Below are positions 48,799 through 58,799 of a DNA stretch of 64,000 nucleotides, one piece after another. Below the pieces are notes generated by a model that was not told the DNA's origin, did not search any database, and was given only the letters and a program-made list of their open reading frames with translations. The DNA lies in the NCBI GenBank assembly GCA_051715445.1, contig JBPXJU010000023.1, positions 171,914 to 235,913 of the forward strand. The letters run 5' to 3'. Within the stretch, counting starts at the first letter, position 1. Every line of letters begins with the position of its first letter. The position numbers and the translations under genes were made by a program. The stretch is from Bacteroidota bacterium. GTDB lineage: Bacteria > Bacteroidota > Bacteroidia > Cytophagales > Cyclobacteriaceae.

Positions 48799-49011
48799 AT
48801 GAACAACGTGATAGACATTAGCCGCAACGATTTGTTGAAGCAAGAATTGAAATCAAAGTATGTGGATTTATCCGATGCAGAAATCAACCGGGTGGATACT
48901 TCGTTTGAGCAGTTGGTTGAAGACATCACCAACAAAACCCATAAGCAAAAAGAAGAAGTAGCGCATCAGGTGGAGGAATTAATGGCCTATGCCAAATCCA
49001 AATCACTTTAA
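48799..49011 (+). CDS. small acidic helical protein, distantly CsbD-like
   Basis: LK.KY.DLSD.E...L...I..KT...KEE pattern; followed by a terminator. Confidence 0.6.
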   Translation: MNNVIDISRNDLLKQELKSKYVDLSDAEINRVDTSFEQLVEDITNKTHKQKEEVAHQVEELMAYAKSKSL

Positions 49012-49059
49012 CACCGTAACCTGCCGTTAGTTTAAATGGCAGTGTTTTAGTTACCTCTT

Positions 49060-49086
49060 AAAACTCCCAGGGTTGGGAGTTTTTTG
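49060..49086 (+). terminator. intrinsic terminator
   Basis: AAAACTCCCA-GGGT-TGGGAGTTTTTT. Confidence 0.88.
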
Positions 49087-49353
49087 TTTTTATGTTCATT
49101 TAAAAAAAATATTTTGACTGAAAGAGCAAGCTCATTTATAACCCATCATTGTTCTGTTTGATGCTTTTTAGTTCAAATGGAAGTTGTAAAAAGAAGGGTA
49201 TTTCGGGATATGCTTTAAAAAAATATTAACGGTAGTTTTAGCAACACCATAGTGGTTGAAAAACTGCCACATCTGAAATGCAGGATGTTAACTGAAAATC
49301 TTTCATGCAATTTTATGAGTACAAATCTCTATTTGTAATTTTGAAACCAGACG

Positions 49354-49704
49354 ATGCCAAAAATCGTTTATAAGTTGATGAGAAGGTTTTTTACATGCGT
49401 GCTTACACTGGTGTTTTTGATCTCCAGCGTAATGGTTTGGGCCTCGCCCTTCGCTGATACATTGCGCGCAGAAGAAGGCATCGAGTCCGCAGAAGAACGT
49501 GCAGAAAATGGGATTTCCTCATTTACTACTTACTTCTCAAAGATTCGTAAGAACCCCGTGCCAGAAGTTGACAGGTTAATTTATGCTTGCAACCTGCAAG
49601 CAGTTCAATTTGAAGGACTTCGGGCTCAACTTAAGTTCAATCAAAATCAAACTAGAAAAACAAATATTCCAATACATATAGCAAAACAGGTTTTTTTGAT
49701 TTAG
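49354..49704 (+). CDS. hypothetical secreted/membrane protein
   Basis: Signal-like N-terminus; TAATTTTG -7 element at 49336-43. Confidence 0.5.
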   Translation: MPKIVYKLMRRFFTCVLTLVFLISSVMVWASPFADTLRAEEGIESAEERAENGISSFTTYFSKIRKNPVPEVDRLIYACNLQAVQFEGLRAQLKFNQNQTRKTNIPIHIAKQVFLI

Positions 49705-49766
49705 GAGTGGATTCTACCAATATCTACCTCTATACCATCCTTTTTTAATTCAAAAATTTACCTTCT

Positions 49767-50054
49767 ATGAAAAACTATCTTAAAATTTCAGCCGTTGTGG
49801 CTTTCGTATTTATTGTTTCAAGTGCCATGGCACAATCATCTGAAAACGTCTGGCCGGTTTCTAAAGATGTAAACCGCTACAGCAACAAAAGCTTAGTTGC
49901 ACACAAGCCCACTAAGCTTAAGTTGGTTGGCACACCAGTTTTTGTAACCAGCAAAATGCAAAGCCCTTCAAAAGAGGTGACTGCCGGAAATGTAACTTCT
50001 ACTTACCCCATGTGGACCGTAAGTAAAGGCGTTAACCGAATCGGGAAAAAATAA
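49767..50054 (+). CDS. small secreted protein with a duplicated WxVSKxVNR motif
   Basis: Signal peptide ending AMA-Q; WPVSKDVNR and WTVSKGVNR. Confidence 0.7.
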   Translation: MKNYLKISAVVAFVFIVSSAMAQSSENVWPVSKDVNRYSNKSLVAHKPTKLKLVGTPVFVTSKMQSPSKEVTAGNVTSTYPMWTVSKGVNRIGKK

Positions 50055-50072
50055 TTCTGATATGGTCTATAG

Positions 50073-50103
50073 AAAAGGTCGCTGATCTCAGCGACCTTTT
50101 TTT
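50073..50103 (+). terminator. intrinsic terminator
   Basis: AAAAGGTCGCTG-ATCT-CAGCGACCTTTTTTT. Confidence 0.9.
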
Positions 50104-50139
50104 GTTTGTAAAGTCTTTTGGTTTTGAATTTCTTCGGGC

Positions 50140-50742
50140 ATGTTTAAAAACGAGTTTCAGAATACAGTAACCAATCACGAAGTTGGTTCGCGTTTATTAG
50201 CCGAAATCAACTTAGCATACACACATCACTCCCGGCACTACCACACGCTGGCCCATTTGGATCAATTGGTTGCAGAACTGAAACCATTTCAGGATCAATT
50301 CACGTGTTGGGATACAGTAGTATTTGCAATTGCCTATCACGATTTTATTTACAAGGCCACTGCTCGCGACAATGAAGAACAGAGTGCCGCTGTAGCCTGT
50401 AAGCGATTAAAAGAAATTGATTTTTCGGTTTCTGAAACAACGCGATGTGTGGAATTTATTCTTGCCACAAAAAAGCATGAACCGGTAAATCGTGAGATTG
50501 ATTTGTTTACCGATGCCGACCTGGCCATACTTGGCGCAACGCCCCAACGCTACCAGCAATACACCATGGAAATAAGAAAAGAATATTCCGTCTATCCGGA
50601 TTTGATCTATAAACCCGGCCGGAAAAAAGTGTTGCAGCATTTTTTAAGCATGCAGCGGATTTATAAAACAGCTGAGTTTTACGAACGATATGAGCAACCG
50701 GCAAGAGTGAATTTGAAGGAAGAACTTGAGAGGTTAAGCTGA
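50140..50742 (+). CDS. HD superfamily metal-dependent phosphohydrolase
   Basis: RHYHTLAH, AIAYHD, DADLAILG. Confidence 0.85.
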   Translation: MFKNEFQNTVTNHEVGSRLLAEINLAYTHHSRHYHTLAHLDQLVAELKPFQDQFTCWDTVVFAIAYHDFIYKATARDNEEQSAAVACKRLKEIDFSVSETTRCVEFILATKKHEPVNREIDLFTDADLAILGATPQRYQQYTMEIRKEYSVYPDLIYKPGRKKVLQHFLSMQRIYKTAEFYERYEQPARVNLKEELERLS

Positions 50743-50745
50743 GTA

Positions 50746-51463
50746 TTAGCGGTTAAACAGATTTTTTAACTTCCACCACAAACCTCGCGGGCTGTATCGT
50801 CTGACCGAAACGGCACCACCTACCACAATCGCTCCTAAAACCTGAAGATCTTGATTCATTACAATTCTTAGGTTTTGGTTTTGTTGAGGGCGAAACCCCG
50901 ATCTCAGTAGTTTTGTATCCAATAAATGAAATCACCAACGCTTCGTTTATTTGTGGGTTGTGAATAGTTATTTCAAATTTTCCGTTTGCATCGGTTACAG
51001 TTTCAGCAGCAAATCCTTTGCGTACAATGTTTACTCCGGGTATGCCGAGTGAATCAACCTCATCGATTACAAGACCCTTAATGGTAAGCACTGTTGGTAC
51101 TTTTAGTTTTAAGCCAACCTTCTTTTCTTCATCTATTTGTTCTTGTGGCGTGGTGGTAGCGGTTTGCGCCTGAACGGGTTCGTTAACCAGTAGCATCAAA
51201 AATGCGATAAAGGCTGCCCATGCCGAATGCACTTTGGCCGGAGTTTCAGTTTGATAAATTTTGAGTTGCGGTTGTTTGAACCGACCGCAAGTAGACGTTG
51301 TGCTGCTTTTAAAGTAATGCTTGATTTCATCATCTGTCCAGTTGGTAAAATCGATCACCTCTTTTTGACAGGCCCCGCAAAATTTTCCTTTTTGAGTAGG
51401 TGTAAAGGTGTTCCAGTTTTCGTGGCAGGGTGTGGGTACGGTAAGGGCAAAGTGCTTTTTCAT
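50746..51463 (-). pseudogene. carboxypeptidase-regulatory-like domain protein, apparently frameshifted
   Basis: N-terminal PTPCHENW..FC..C.K.V.DF and GVNI..KG...TD.NG.F..SFIGY; protein-like C-terminus LRIVM..VVGG..RRYSPRGLWWKLKNLFNR lies in another frame. Confidence 0.7.
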
Positions 51464-51599
51464 GGTTAAGGTTTTGAACAGGATGCGCGTCCAGACCTAA
51501 ATCCATAAGCATTGCGACTTTAAATTTTAATATCGATCAAAAACCTTTTCAGAAAGGCACGGTATTCTCCAACGAAAATTCAGCTATACGATGCAGGAC

Positions 51600-53966
51600 T
51601 TACTCGCTCCTTAACGAATTTGCCGGATTGGCCTTTGCAGCCCGTAGTGCTTGTGTGCTTACAATTAGCAACGCAAACAACAGCGCAATAACTCCGGTAA
51701 GCGGAAATATCCACCAGGCCAAAGGTGTACGGATGGTATAGCGTTCCAGATAAGCAGTAAGGCCCCACCAGGCTAATGGCGATGACACCACAAAGGCAAT
51801 AATTACCAACACCGAAAAATCTTTCGACATTAAACCCACCAGGCTGGGTACTGATGCCCCCATCACTTTTCGGATTCCAATTTCTTTGGTACGTTGTTCA
51901 GCTGTAAAAGAAGCCAAACCAAACAAGCCTAATCCGGTAATGATAATAGTAAGCGTTGCAAACAAACTGGCCAGTGTGCTGGTAAGGTTAATGGTGGTAA
52001 ACTTTTTTTGAAACTCCTGATCAGCAAAGCGATATTCAAATGGGTAGGCTGGCGCATATTTTTCAAATACGGCTTTCACGGCATTAAGAGAGGCTTGCAG
52101 GTTGTCGGTTTTTTTGAGGCGAATGGATACGGAGCCACCCCAATCCTCCAGGATCATAAACATCGGACTAACAGGTCGGAAAGGCGAGCCCATCAATACA
52201 TCATCTACAACCCCGATCAATTTACGTTTTTCGCCCCAAAGGTCTAGTTCTGTGCCGATGTAATCACCCTTCAATCCCATTACATCCAGCCCTGCTTTAT
52301 TAACGAGTATGGCTGATGAATCGCTCTTGAAATCTTCTGAGAAATCGCGACCCTCCAGCAGTTTAATGCCCATCGTTTTGGTATAGTCATATTCAGTAAC
52401 AACTGTTGTAAAAATTACCCGCAGTTCTTCTGGCTTTCCGGGCCATCCTAAAAAATTGTTCGAGTTAATATCTGTAATCTCGCTATTGGCTCTTGTTACG
52501 GATTCAACCACACCGGTATTTAGCAATTCAAGTTTAATAGCACGGTAGTTTTCTCTTACCTCATTGGTATAGTCTACCGCCATCAGATTTTCCTGTTGGT
52601 AACCCAACTCGCGGCCCTTCACCAATTGTATCTGTTGATAGATTACAATTGTGCCAATGATGAGCAGAATAGAAAACCCAAACTGCAGAACTACTAATAT
52701 CTTGCGAGGTGTGCTGGCACCCTTGCCAATAGTTGGCTTACCTTTTAAAACCTTAACCGGTTGAAACGAGGATAGATAAAAGGCAGGATAACTACCCGAG
52801 ATTATTCCGGTAACCAAAATAATACCGAGAGTAAAAATCCAGAACTGCGATGACGTATAATCAATTACCAGTTTTTTATCTACCAGGTTATTGTAATACG
52901 GTAATAATAATTGGGCAGCCAGAATAGCAAAGGCAAACGCGAGAAAAGAAATAAAGGTAGACTCGCCAATAAACTGCAGAATTAATTCATAACGTTTGGA
53001 GCCAACACTTTTACGAACACCCACTTCACGGGCTCTGCGTTCGCTGCGTGCCGTGGCTAAGTTCATAAAGTTAATGCAGGCAATAATGATGATGAAAATG
53101 GCGATTACGGTAAACATCTGCACATAATCGTTCATGCCGCCTGTCTCTATGCCATTGTCAAAATTTCCGAATAGGCGCCAGCGCTCCATCGGGTATAAAA
53201 AGTATTCGGGCTTGGTATCGGTTTCGCCATGTTCCTGTAGCATCATCTTCACACTGGCCTCCACATCGGGTTGGTTTTTGGCATCATTCAATTCTGCAAA
53301 TACCTGAAAGGAATAGTTGCCCCAATTGGTTGTGTTTTCGCGTACCCATTCATTGTTTTGTTCTCTGAACTTCCACGGCATTAAAAAATCAAACTGAAAA
53401 GTGGAGTTGCCCGGGATGTCTTTTAAAATACCCGATACTTTTAAATCGTACTCGTTATCCAGGCGAATAACTTTGTTAATCGGATCTTCATCGCCAAATA
53501 AAGATTTGGCTGTTGACTCAGTAATAACAATTGAGGGCGGAGCATCCAATACCTGCTCGGCAGTACCTACCACCAGCGGAAACTCAAACATTTCCAGAAA
53601 TTCTTCGCTTACCCAATAACCGCGTTTAATCAACCGGTTTTCGCCAACGGTGATCAGGTGGGTACTGCCCCAGTCAGTAACAGCCATGCGGGCAATGTTA
53701 CTGTTGGCGGTTTTGAAGGCTTCGTAGGTAGGCAGGGGTACGCTGGTCCACGAGCTTATTTTGCCATCAAATTGTGCCCGCACCCAAACCTGATACAAGC
53801 GGTCTACTTTGGGAACAAATTTGTCAAAACTGGTTTCATCCGCAACCCATAGCAAAATCAGGATACTACAGGTAATGCCTAAAGCCAGGCCCGTAATGTT
53901 TATGAAAGAATAAAACCCATTTTTAAACAGGTTGCGAACCATTACGAGAAAGTAATTGCGAAACAT
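51600..53966 (-). CDS. FtsX/MacB-type ABC transporter permease
   Basis: MFRNYF..RNL, INFMNLATARSERRAREVGVRK, RTKEIGIRKVMGAS, NPANSLRSE. Confidence 0.93.
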   Translation of the reverse strand: MFRNYFLVMVRNLFKNGFYSFINITGLALGITCSILILLWVADETSFDKFVPKVDRLYQVWVRAQFDGKISSWTSVPLPTYEAFKTANSNIARMAVTDWGSTHLITVGENRLIKRGYWVSEEFLEMFEFPLVVGTAEQVLDAPPSIVITESTAKSLFGDEDPINKVIRLDNEYDLKVSGILKDIPGNSTFQFDFLMPWKFREQNNEWVRENTTNWGNYSFQVFAELNDAKNQPDVEASVKMMLQEHGETDTKPEYFLYPMERWRLFGNFDNGIETGGMNDYVQMFTVIAIFIIIIACINFMNLATARSERRAREVGVRKSVGSKRYELILQFIGESTFISFLAFAFAILAAQLLLPYYNNLVDKKLVIDYTSSQFWIFTLGIILVTGIISGSYPAFYLSSFQPVKVLKGKPTIGKGASTPRKILVVLQFGFSILLIIGTIVIYQQIQLVKGRELGYQQENLMAVDYTNEVRENYRAIKLELLNTGVVESVTRANSEITDINSNNFLGWPGKPEELRVIFTTVVTEYDYTKTMGIKLLEGRDFSEDFKSDSSAILVNKAGLDVMGLKGDYIGTELDLWGEKRKLIGVVDDVLMGSPFRPVSPMFMILEDWGGSVSIRLKKTDNLQASLNAVKAVFEKYAPAYPFEYRFADQEFQKKFTTINLTSTLASLFATLTIIITGLGLFGLASFTAEQRTKEIGIRKVMGASVPSLVGLMSKDFSVLVIIAFVVSSPLAWWGLTAYLERYTIRTPLAWWIFPLTGVIALLFALLIVSTQALRAAKANPANSLRSE

Positions 53967-54103
53967 AGGGGTGGAGTTAGACTGGTATTACTTGACTTTT
54001 TTAAAAAGGTATCAGGCCAGGCAGAAAATATTTTCTACCAAGACTGATTAAAACCAGAATTAGTTGCAGTGGCGCGCAATTTTTTTTCGAAGCGGCAAAA
54101 AAA

Positions 54104-54141
54104 TGTTCAGGGATGTACACCCCCTAATGCAAAACCGTACA
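54104..54141. promoter_or_regulatory. tandem imperfect palindromes upstream of the ABC permease
   Basis: TGTTCA-GGGA-TGTACA at 54104 and a half-conserved AATGCA-AAAC-CGTACA 22 bp later. Confidence 0.35.
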
Positions 54142-54142
54142 G

Positions 54143-54319
54143 TTATTTATCGGGCATTACCAGCGCCATAATGAGGTAAAGGAGCAGGCCGGTACCAAAG
54201 CAAAGAAAGGCAACAATAAAAATAATGCGCATAATGGTAGGATCCAGATTGAAATAGTTAGCCAGACCACTACAAACCCCAAAAAGTTTCTTTTCTCCTT
54301 TTACTAATCGCGTTGCCAT
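54143..54319 (-). CDS. PspC domain protein
   Basis: KKLFGVCSGLANYFNLDPTIMR..YLIMALVMP; start MATRL. Confidence 0.9.
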   Translation of the reverse strand: MATRLVKGEKKLFGVCSGLANYFNLDPTIMRIIFIVAFLCFGTGLLLYLIMALVMPDK

Positions 54320-54455
54320 AAATTTATTGTTTGATCGAAGATACGAAATCAGAATGAAAAATCGTGCCGGATTAAATGACTTCGGGTCTATCACAATGCA
54401 AATAGCGCATGGTAAAATCTAAGGAAGAGTGTTATTTTAGCAGTAAATCTGAACT

Positions 54456-55217
54456 ATGAATAAATTTATAACAGGGGTGACGGTAATTGCTCTTGGCTTT
54501 TTATCAGCTTGTGTTTTGCCTACCGAAAAAAAGGAAAGCAAGTCCGAAGGAATTAAGAAACGCGACAGCGTTCGAGTGGAGACAGCAAACCACTCAAATG
54601 GAAAGCTTAAGGCAGAGGTTCCCTATGCGGGTAAAAAGAAACATGGCTTAGCAAAAACTTACGATAAGGATGGTAATATAATGCTGGAACTGCCTTATGT
54701 GTTTGGAAAACGCGAAGGGCAGTCCAAGAAGTACTATGAAGGAGGCAAACAGATTTATCAGACAACAGAATATAAAAATGATCTGCTTCATGGCATGCAG
54801 GTAAAGTATCGTGAAAATGGTGATGTAATGTCAGAGGCAAGGTATGAGAATGACTTTCCTTGTGCAGGGGTAAAAGAATATTATACCGACAAAACCTTAA
54901 AGAAGGAATACCCCAAATTGATTATTACCCCTATCGACAGAATTCAAAGCCAAGGTGTTTATCAGTTGAATATTTCTATGTCCGAAAAGGTGCGAAAAGT
55001 AAAATACTATACCGGAGAACTATCGCCAGCAGGATGTCTGAACGATGATTTATATTCCGTTCTGCTAGACGAGCAGAAAAAGACAGGCGTGATAAAATAC
55101 AATATTCCGCCAGGAGCATTTTTGATGGAAGAACTTAACATTATAGCGGCAGTGGAAACCATTTACGGCAATACTTATGTCGTTCAACGCACTCACAACC
55201 TGGCTATTGAGAATTAA
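54456..55217 (+). CDS. MORN-variant (YwqK-like) repeat lipoprotein
   Basis: FLSAC lipobox; repeats Y..GKKHG..K.Y, Y..GKREG..K.YY, Y.NDLLHG....Y. Confidence 0.8.
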   Translation: MNKFITGVTVIALGFLSACVLPTEKKESKSEGIKKRDSVRVETANHSNGKLKAEVPYAGKKKHGLAKTYDKDGNIMLELPYVFGKREGQSKKYYEGGKQIYQTTEYKNDLLHGMQVKYRENGDVMSEARYENDFPCAGVKEYYTDKTLKKEYPKLIITPIDRIQSQGVYQLNISMSEKVRKVKYYTGELSPAGCLNDDLYSVLLDEQKKTGVIKYNIPPGAFLMEELNIIAAVETIYGNTYVVQRTHNLAIEN

Positions 55218-56776
55218 CCGCCACCCAACATTTGCCTGCGCATTTTCAGTTGCAAGTCATCGGGCACAATCTCCAACCCTTTCTGCAAAAATTGTTTAGC
55301 CTTTGTCTTTTGTCCTTTCCTAAAGAAGTAAACACATGCTTCTGAGTAAGCCTGGCCTATTATTGGAGGGTTCATGATAGTAATGTTTTTATTGGTATAA
55401 AAATCTTCAAAGAGCTTCTGATATTTTTCACCTCGTTTTTCATCACCGTTTTGGAAACTTTCACCAAACTCAGCAGCGTACAGCATGGCAAGCATCGAAT
55501 TGAAATTGCTGTTTTCTTGTAAGACCGGAAAGCGCGTTTTGTAGGCTTCCAGCGAATCCATCACCACACTATTCTTTCTCTCATTACGAAATGATTGCGC
55601 GAGGCAGGAAACAAACACACCGCTCAAGTCAACATTATTGGGCTGAATCTCCATCGCTTTACTGAAGAAAGGTTTGGCCCGAACATAATTTCCCTGATTA
55701 TAAAATACACGTCCGTTTTCGTAGTAATAAATAAAATTTATCTCATCCAGGGTTTCTTTATCTGTTATGTTTTGAGTAATCGCTTCGTAACATCTCTTGT
55801 AAAGTAGTTTGTCGTTGTTCTTAAACAGAACGGTTTGAGTAAGATTATAAAACTCGCCTTTTATCATGTCTACGGTAACACCTTTTTCCTTCAATCTGGA
55901 AATACGGCCAATTAGCGCGGCCTTTTGAAGAGGGTCAAGATTGGGCATTTCCAGCTTTGCGGCTGTAGAGTGGAGCAACAGATATTCAGAGCGGATATTG
56001 GGGTAGTACAGGTAACCCTTTTTGATTTGCTCATATGCCCCAGCGACATCATTATGATCCTGTTTAAAGATTCCGTCATTCAGATAGTGAATTCCAACCA
56101 GCTGTGTGAGGTTAATATTTTCACTTTGAAAATAATACTTGTTGAACAGCTCGTCAGTTGTTGAATTGGTAACCTCCGAACTGCCAATTACTTTTTGATT
56201 TTTTAGGTTGTTAATGAAATTACTCTTGTAGGTATTATCAAATGTCAGAAACCCGAAAACAGGTGTGGTGGTTTCAATCATTATATTGTCTGCATTGGGG
56301 TAAGCAACCAGATAAACATGGGTTGGCTTTTCTTTAATGGTGTACGGGATGTTTAGTTTTTCGAAGAATAGTGCATATAAGGCTGTGGCGGTTACACAAT
56401 TATAATTACCGGTGCGACTGATTTCATAAAATCGGTTCTCTGCTTCATACTTAGAGAGGAACCTACTGTGCACCAATTGATAAATATATTTTATCTTTTT
56501 GTCGTTCTTCTTCTTATAAGATTCTGAGGATTGTATCTCTTTCAATGTAGCATTGAAGCGTTCCTCAAAGTTTTTCGCGTCCTGTGTTGCAGTAGGTGAA
56601 TTGGCGAAGAAGAGGGAAATAAAATCGGTATTTCCATTTTTGAAATGATTTTCAAACGCGGTGGATTCATATGGCGTGGTAAATTCCAGTTCTTTCCATC
56701 GTACAAGTGAATCAGTTTGAGTTTGGGCACCACATTTAAGGCTTAAAACTAAAATAATAGCTAATGGTAATTTCAT
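55214..56776 (-). CDS. secreted transglutaminase-like (Cys-His-Glu) protein with C-terminal TPR
   Basis: Signal peptide from MKLPL; GNYNCVTATALY...PTHVYL...IETT; TPR-like helices. Confidence 0.65.
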   Translation of the reverse strand: MKLPLAIILVLSLKCGAQTQTDSLVRWKELEFTTPYESTAFENHFKNGNTDFISLFFANSPTATQDAKNFEERFNATLKEIQSSESYKKKNDKKIKYIYQLVHSRFLSKYEAENRFYEISRTGNYNCVTATALYALFFEKLNIPYTIKEKPTHVYLVAYPNADNIMIETTTPVFGFLTFDNTYKSNFINNLKNQKVIGSSEVTNSTTDELFNKYYFQSENINLTQLVGIHYLNDGIFKQDHNDVAGAYEQIKKGYLYYPNIRSEYLLLHSTAAKLEMPNLDPLQKAALIGRISRLKEKGVTVDMIKGEFYNLTQTVLFKNNDKLLYKRCYEAITQNITDKETLDEINFIYYYENGRVFYNQGNYVRAKPFFSKAMEIQPNNVDLSGVFVSCLAQSFRNERKNSVVMDSLEAYKTRFPVLQENSNFNSMLAMLYAAEFGESFQNGDEKRGEKYQKLFEDFYTNKNITIMNPPIIGQAYSEACVYFFRKGQKTKAKQFLQKGLEIVPDDLQLKMRRQMLGGG

Positions 56777-56890
56777 TTTTACAAAAATCAACAACTTAAA
56801 ATTAGGAAATTAACATATAAAAAAGCACCGCTTTTGTCATTGTTATTGTACCCGATTTAGATGTATTTTTAACCTTTTGTAAAGGCAGTT

Positions 56891-57688
56891 ATGGTTCTAA
56901 AATTTCGACAATTAATTTGGTTGGGTATTTATGTGATCCTGTTTGCATGTTCGCCAGACAAAACTAAGCAGGAAACTTTAGCCGATCCGCTAAAAATGAA
57001 CTACGCTATCCGCAGCATGTGGCCGCACGATCCGGAGGCTTTTACACAAGGCCTGCTGATTCACAATGGCGAATTGTTTGAAAGTACGGGCCAGTATGGA
57101 ACTTCGTGGATTGGAATTGTGGACATCAACACGGGGAAAGCGGATAAAAAAGTTGTTTTGGATAAACAATACTTTGGGGAAGGCATAGCTATACTCAACA
57201 ACAAAATTTTTCAGCTTACCTGGCAGAATAAGGTTGGCTTTGTATATGATCTGAAAACATTTAAGAAGTTAAATGATTTTCGATTTGATTCATTTGCCAA
57301 AGAGGGATGGGGGCTAACGCACGATAATGTCAACCTGATCATGAGCGATGGTACCAACACCTTACATTATTTAGACACGGTTACACTGCAAGTTGTTAAA
57401 TCTGTAAAAGTTACAGACGACAATGGGCCGGTCAAAAATCTGAATGAATTGGAATTCATTGATGGATTTGTATTTGCCAATGTTTGGCAAACCAATCTGA
57501 TTTTAAAAATTGATCCGGGTACCGGTAAAGTTGTAGGCCGGATAGACCTTTCGAAGTTAGCGAGCGATGCCCGCAAGGCCAGCCCACAAGTAGATGTGCT
57601 GAATGGAATAGCCTGGCATCCGGAAACCAAATCAATTTTAGTAACCGGAAAAAACTGGCCCAACATTTACATTCTTAAAATTGATTAA
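56891..57688 (+). CDS. glutaminyl-peptide cyclotransferase (bacterial/plant type), lipoprotein
   Basis: LFAC lipobox; HD..AFTQGL, ESTG.YG, FGEG, EGWG, LNELE, VLNGIA. Confidence 0.93.
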   Translation: MVLKFRQLIWLGIYVILFACSPDKTKQETLADPLKMNYAIRSMWPHDPEAFTQGLLIHNGELFESTGQYGTSWIGIVDINTGKADKKVVLDKQYFGEGIAILNNKIFQLTWQNKVGFVYDLKTFKKLNDFRFDSFAKEGWGLTHDNVNLIMSDGTNTLHYLDTVTLQVVKSVKVTDDNGPVKNLNELEFIDGFVFANVWQTNLILKIDPGTGKVVGRIDLSKLASDARKASPQVDVLNGIAWHPETKSILVTGKNWPNIYILKID

Positions 57689-57734
57689 TACTTCATCAAC
57701 AGCACGCGGATTGACGGCCAGACATCTGTAAAAA

Positions 57735-58799
57735 TTATTGAGTACCCGTATAACGATACTTAAATATTTCATCCCATGCCTTTAGTGCTGGTTTGGTGTT
57801 AAAGTTTACATCTACTAAACCGATGTATAGAAAGTAACCGATGTTATCGGGTACATCATCAGGCACAGCTGTAATATCAAAATCAGTGAAGAGTAATTGA
57901 AACACAGCTGTTGCACGTACCTCGTTTAGCAACCGGGCGTGATGCTCAATGTATGCTTTCTGGATTTCAGGCGAACTTACAAATGACCGATCAGGAGTAG
58001 TTACAGATGCTGAACTCCAACCACCCTCGGTAACAAATACCGGAATATTTTTTCCTTCTACTAATCTTGTATAATAGTTGAGTGGAATATCCGTAGGATT
58101 ATCAAACCCAAAATACGGATAGGAAGATAGCCCGAGTTCCTGAATAAAAGGAAAGTCTGCGAAATCTTGTGCTATGCCGGTATATGAACCACCTACCAAT
58201 TTTCCCCAGGCGTGGTCAACCTGCACACTAACGCTTAATGGAACTGTTGCGTTGCGGGCACGAACCGCTGTAGCAGTGGCATTAACGGCAGTTTTCAAAC
58301 CTTTATAAATTGCTGCAGGCGATGCATCGCGGATAAGATTGGTTTCCAAAGCAAGTCCTAAATGGTCGGGCTTCAGAATGCTATCCATGGCAATCGTAAA
58401 TTTTTGATAGAGCATTTGCATATCAGCATCAGCAATACTTTTATTGACTTGTTGTAGATCAACCGCATCAGCGGCACGATCTAGTCCATTTTGCGGATCG
58501 ATGTAAATCCAGAGTGTGAAATCTTTACTTCGATAAAAATCGACCAGAACTTTGTAATTGTTCACTACATAATCATTCACGGTCATGCCATCCAGTAACT
58601 CAGCCCATGGTACTTCTGTTGTAATCATCGCCACATCGGCACGTTGCGACCACAGGTTAAGCGACTGGAGAAATAAATCTATTTCAATGCGCGGTGCTGA
58701 GTTTTGAAAGCCCATCCTAAACGTTCGGGTAGCAGGATCTTCCTCTTTTTTACATCCACTAAACAAAAGTAGGCCCGCGATAAAAAAGCAGATTTTCAT
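57735..58799 (-). CDS. lipoprotein with clan GH-A glycoside-hydrolase-like TIM barrel
   Basis: FSGC lipobox; GLALETN, LGLSSYPY, FVTEGGW, IGLVD..KPA. Confidence 0.6.
   Translation of the reverse strand: MKICFFIAGLLLFSGCKKEEDPATRTFRMGFQNSAPRIEIDLFLQSLNLWSQRADVAMITTEVPWAELLDGMTVNDYVVNNYKVLVDFYRSKDFTLWIYIDPQNGLDRAADAVDLQQVNKSIADADMQMLYQKFTIAMDSILKPDHLGLALETNLIRDASPAAIYKGLKTAVNATATAVRARNATVPLSVSVQVDHAWGKLVGGSYTGIAQDFADFPFIQELGLSSYPYFGFDNPTDIPLNYYTRLVEGKNIPVFVTEGGWSSASVTTPDRSFVSSPEIQKAYIEHHARLLNEVRATAVFQLLFTDFDITAVPDDVPDNIGYFLYIGLVDVNFNTKPALKAWDEIFKYRYTGTQ

Noticed and set aside
54456-55217. YwqK-like protein as an antitoxin or immunity gene
   Set aside because: No toxin ORF is adjacent, and MORN-variant lipoproteins are common without toxins.
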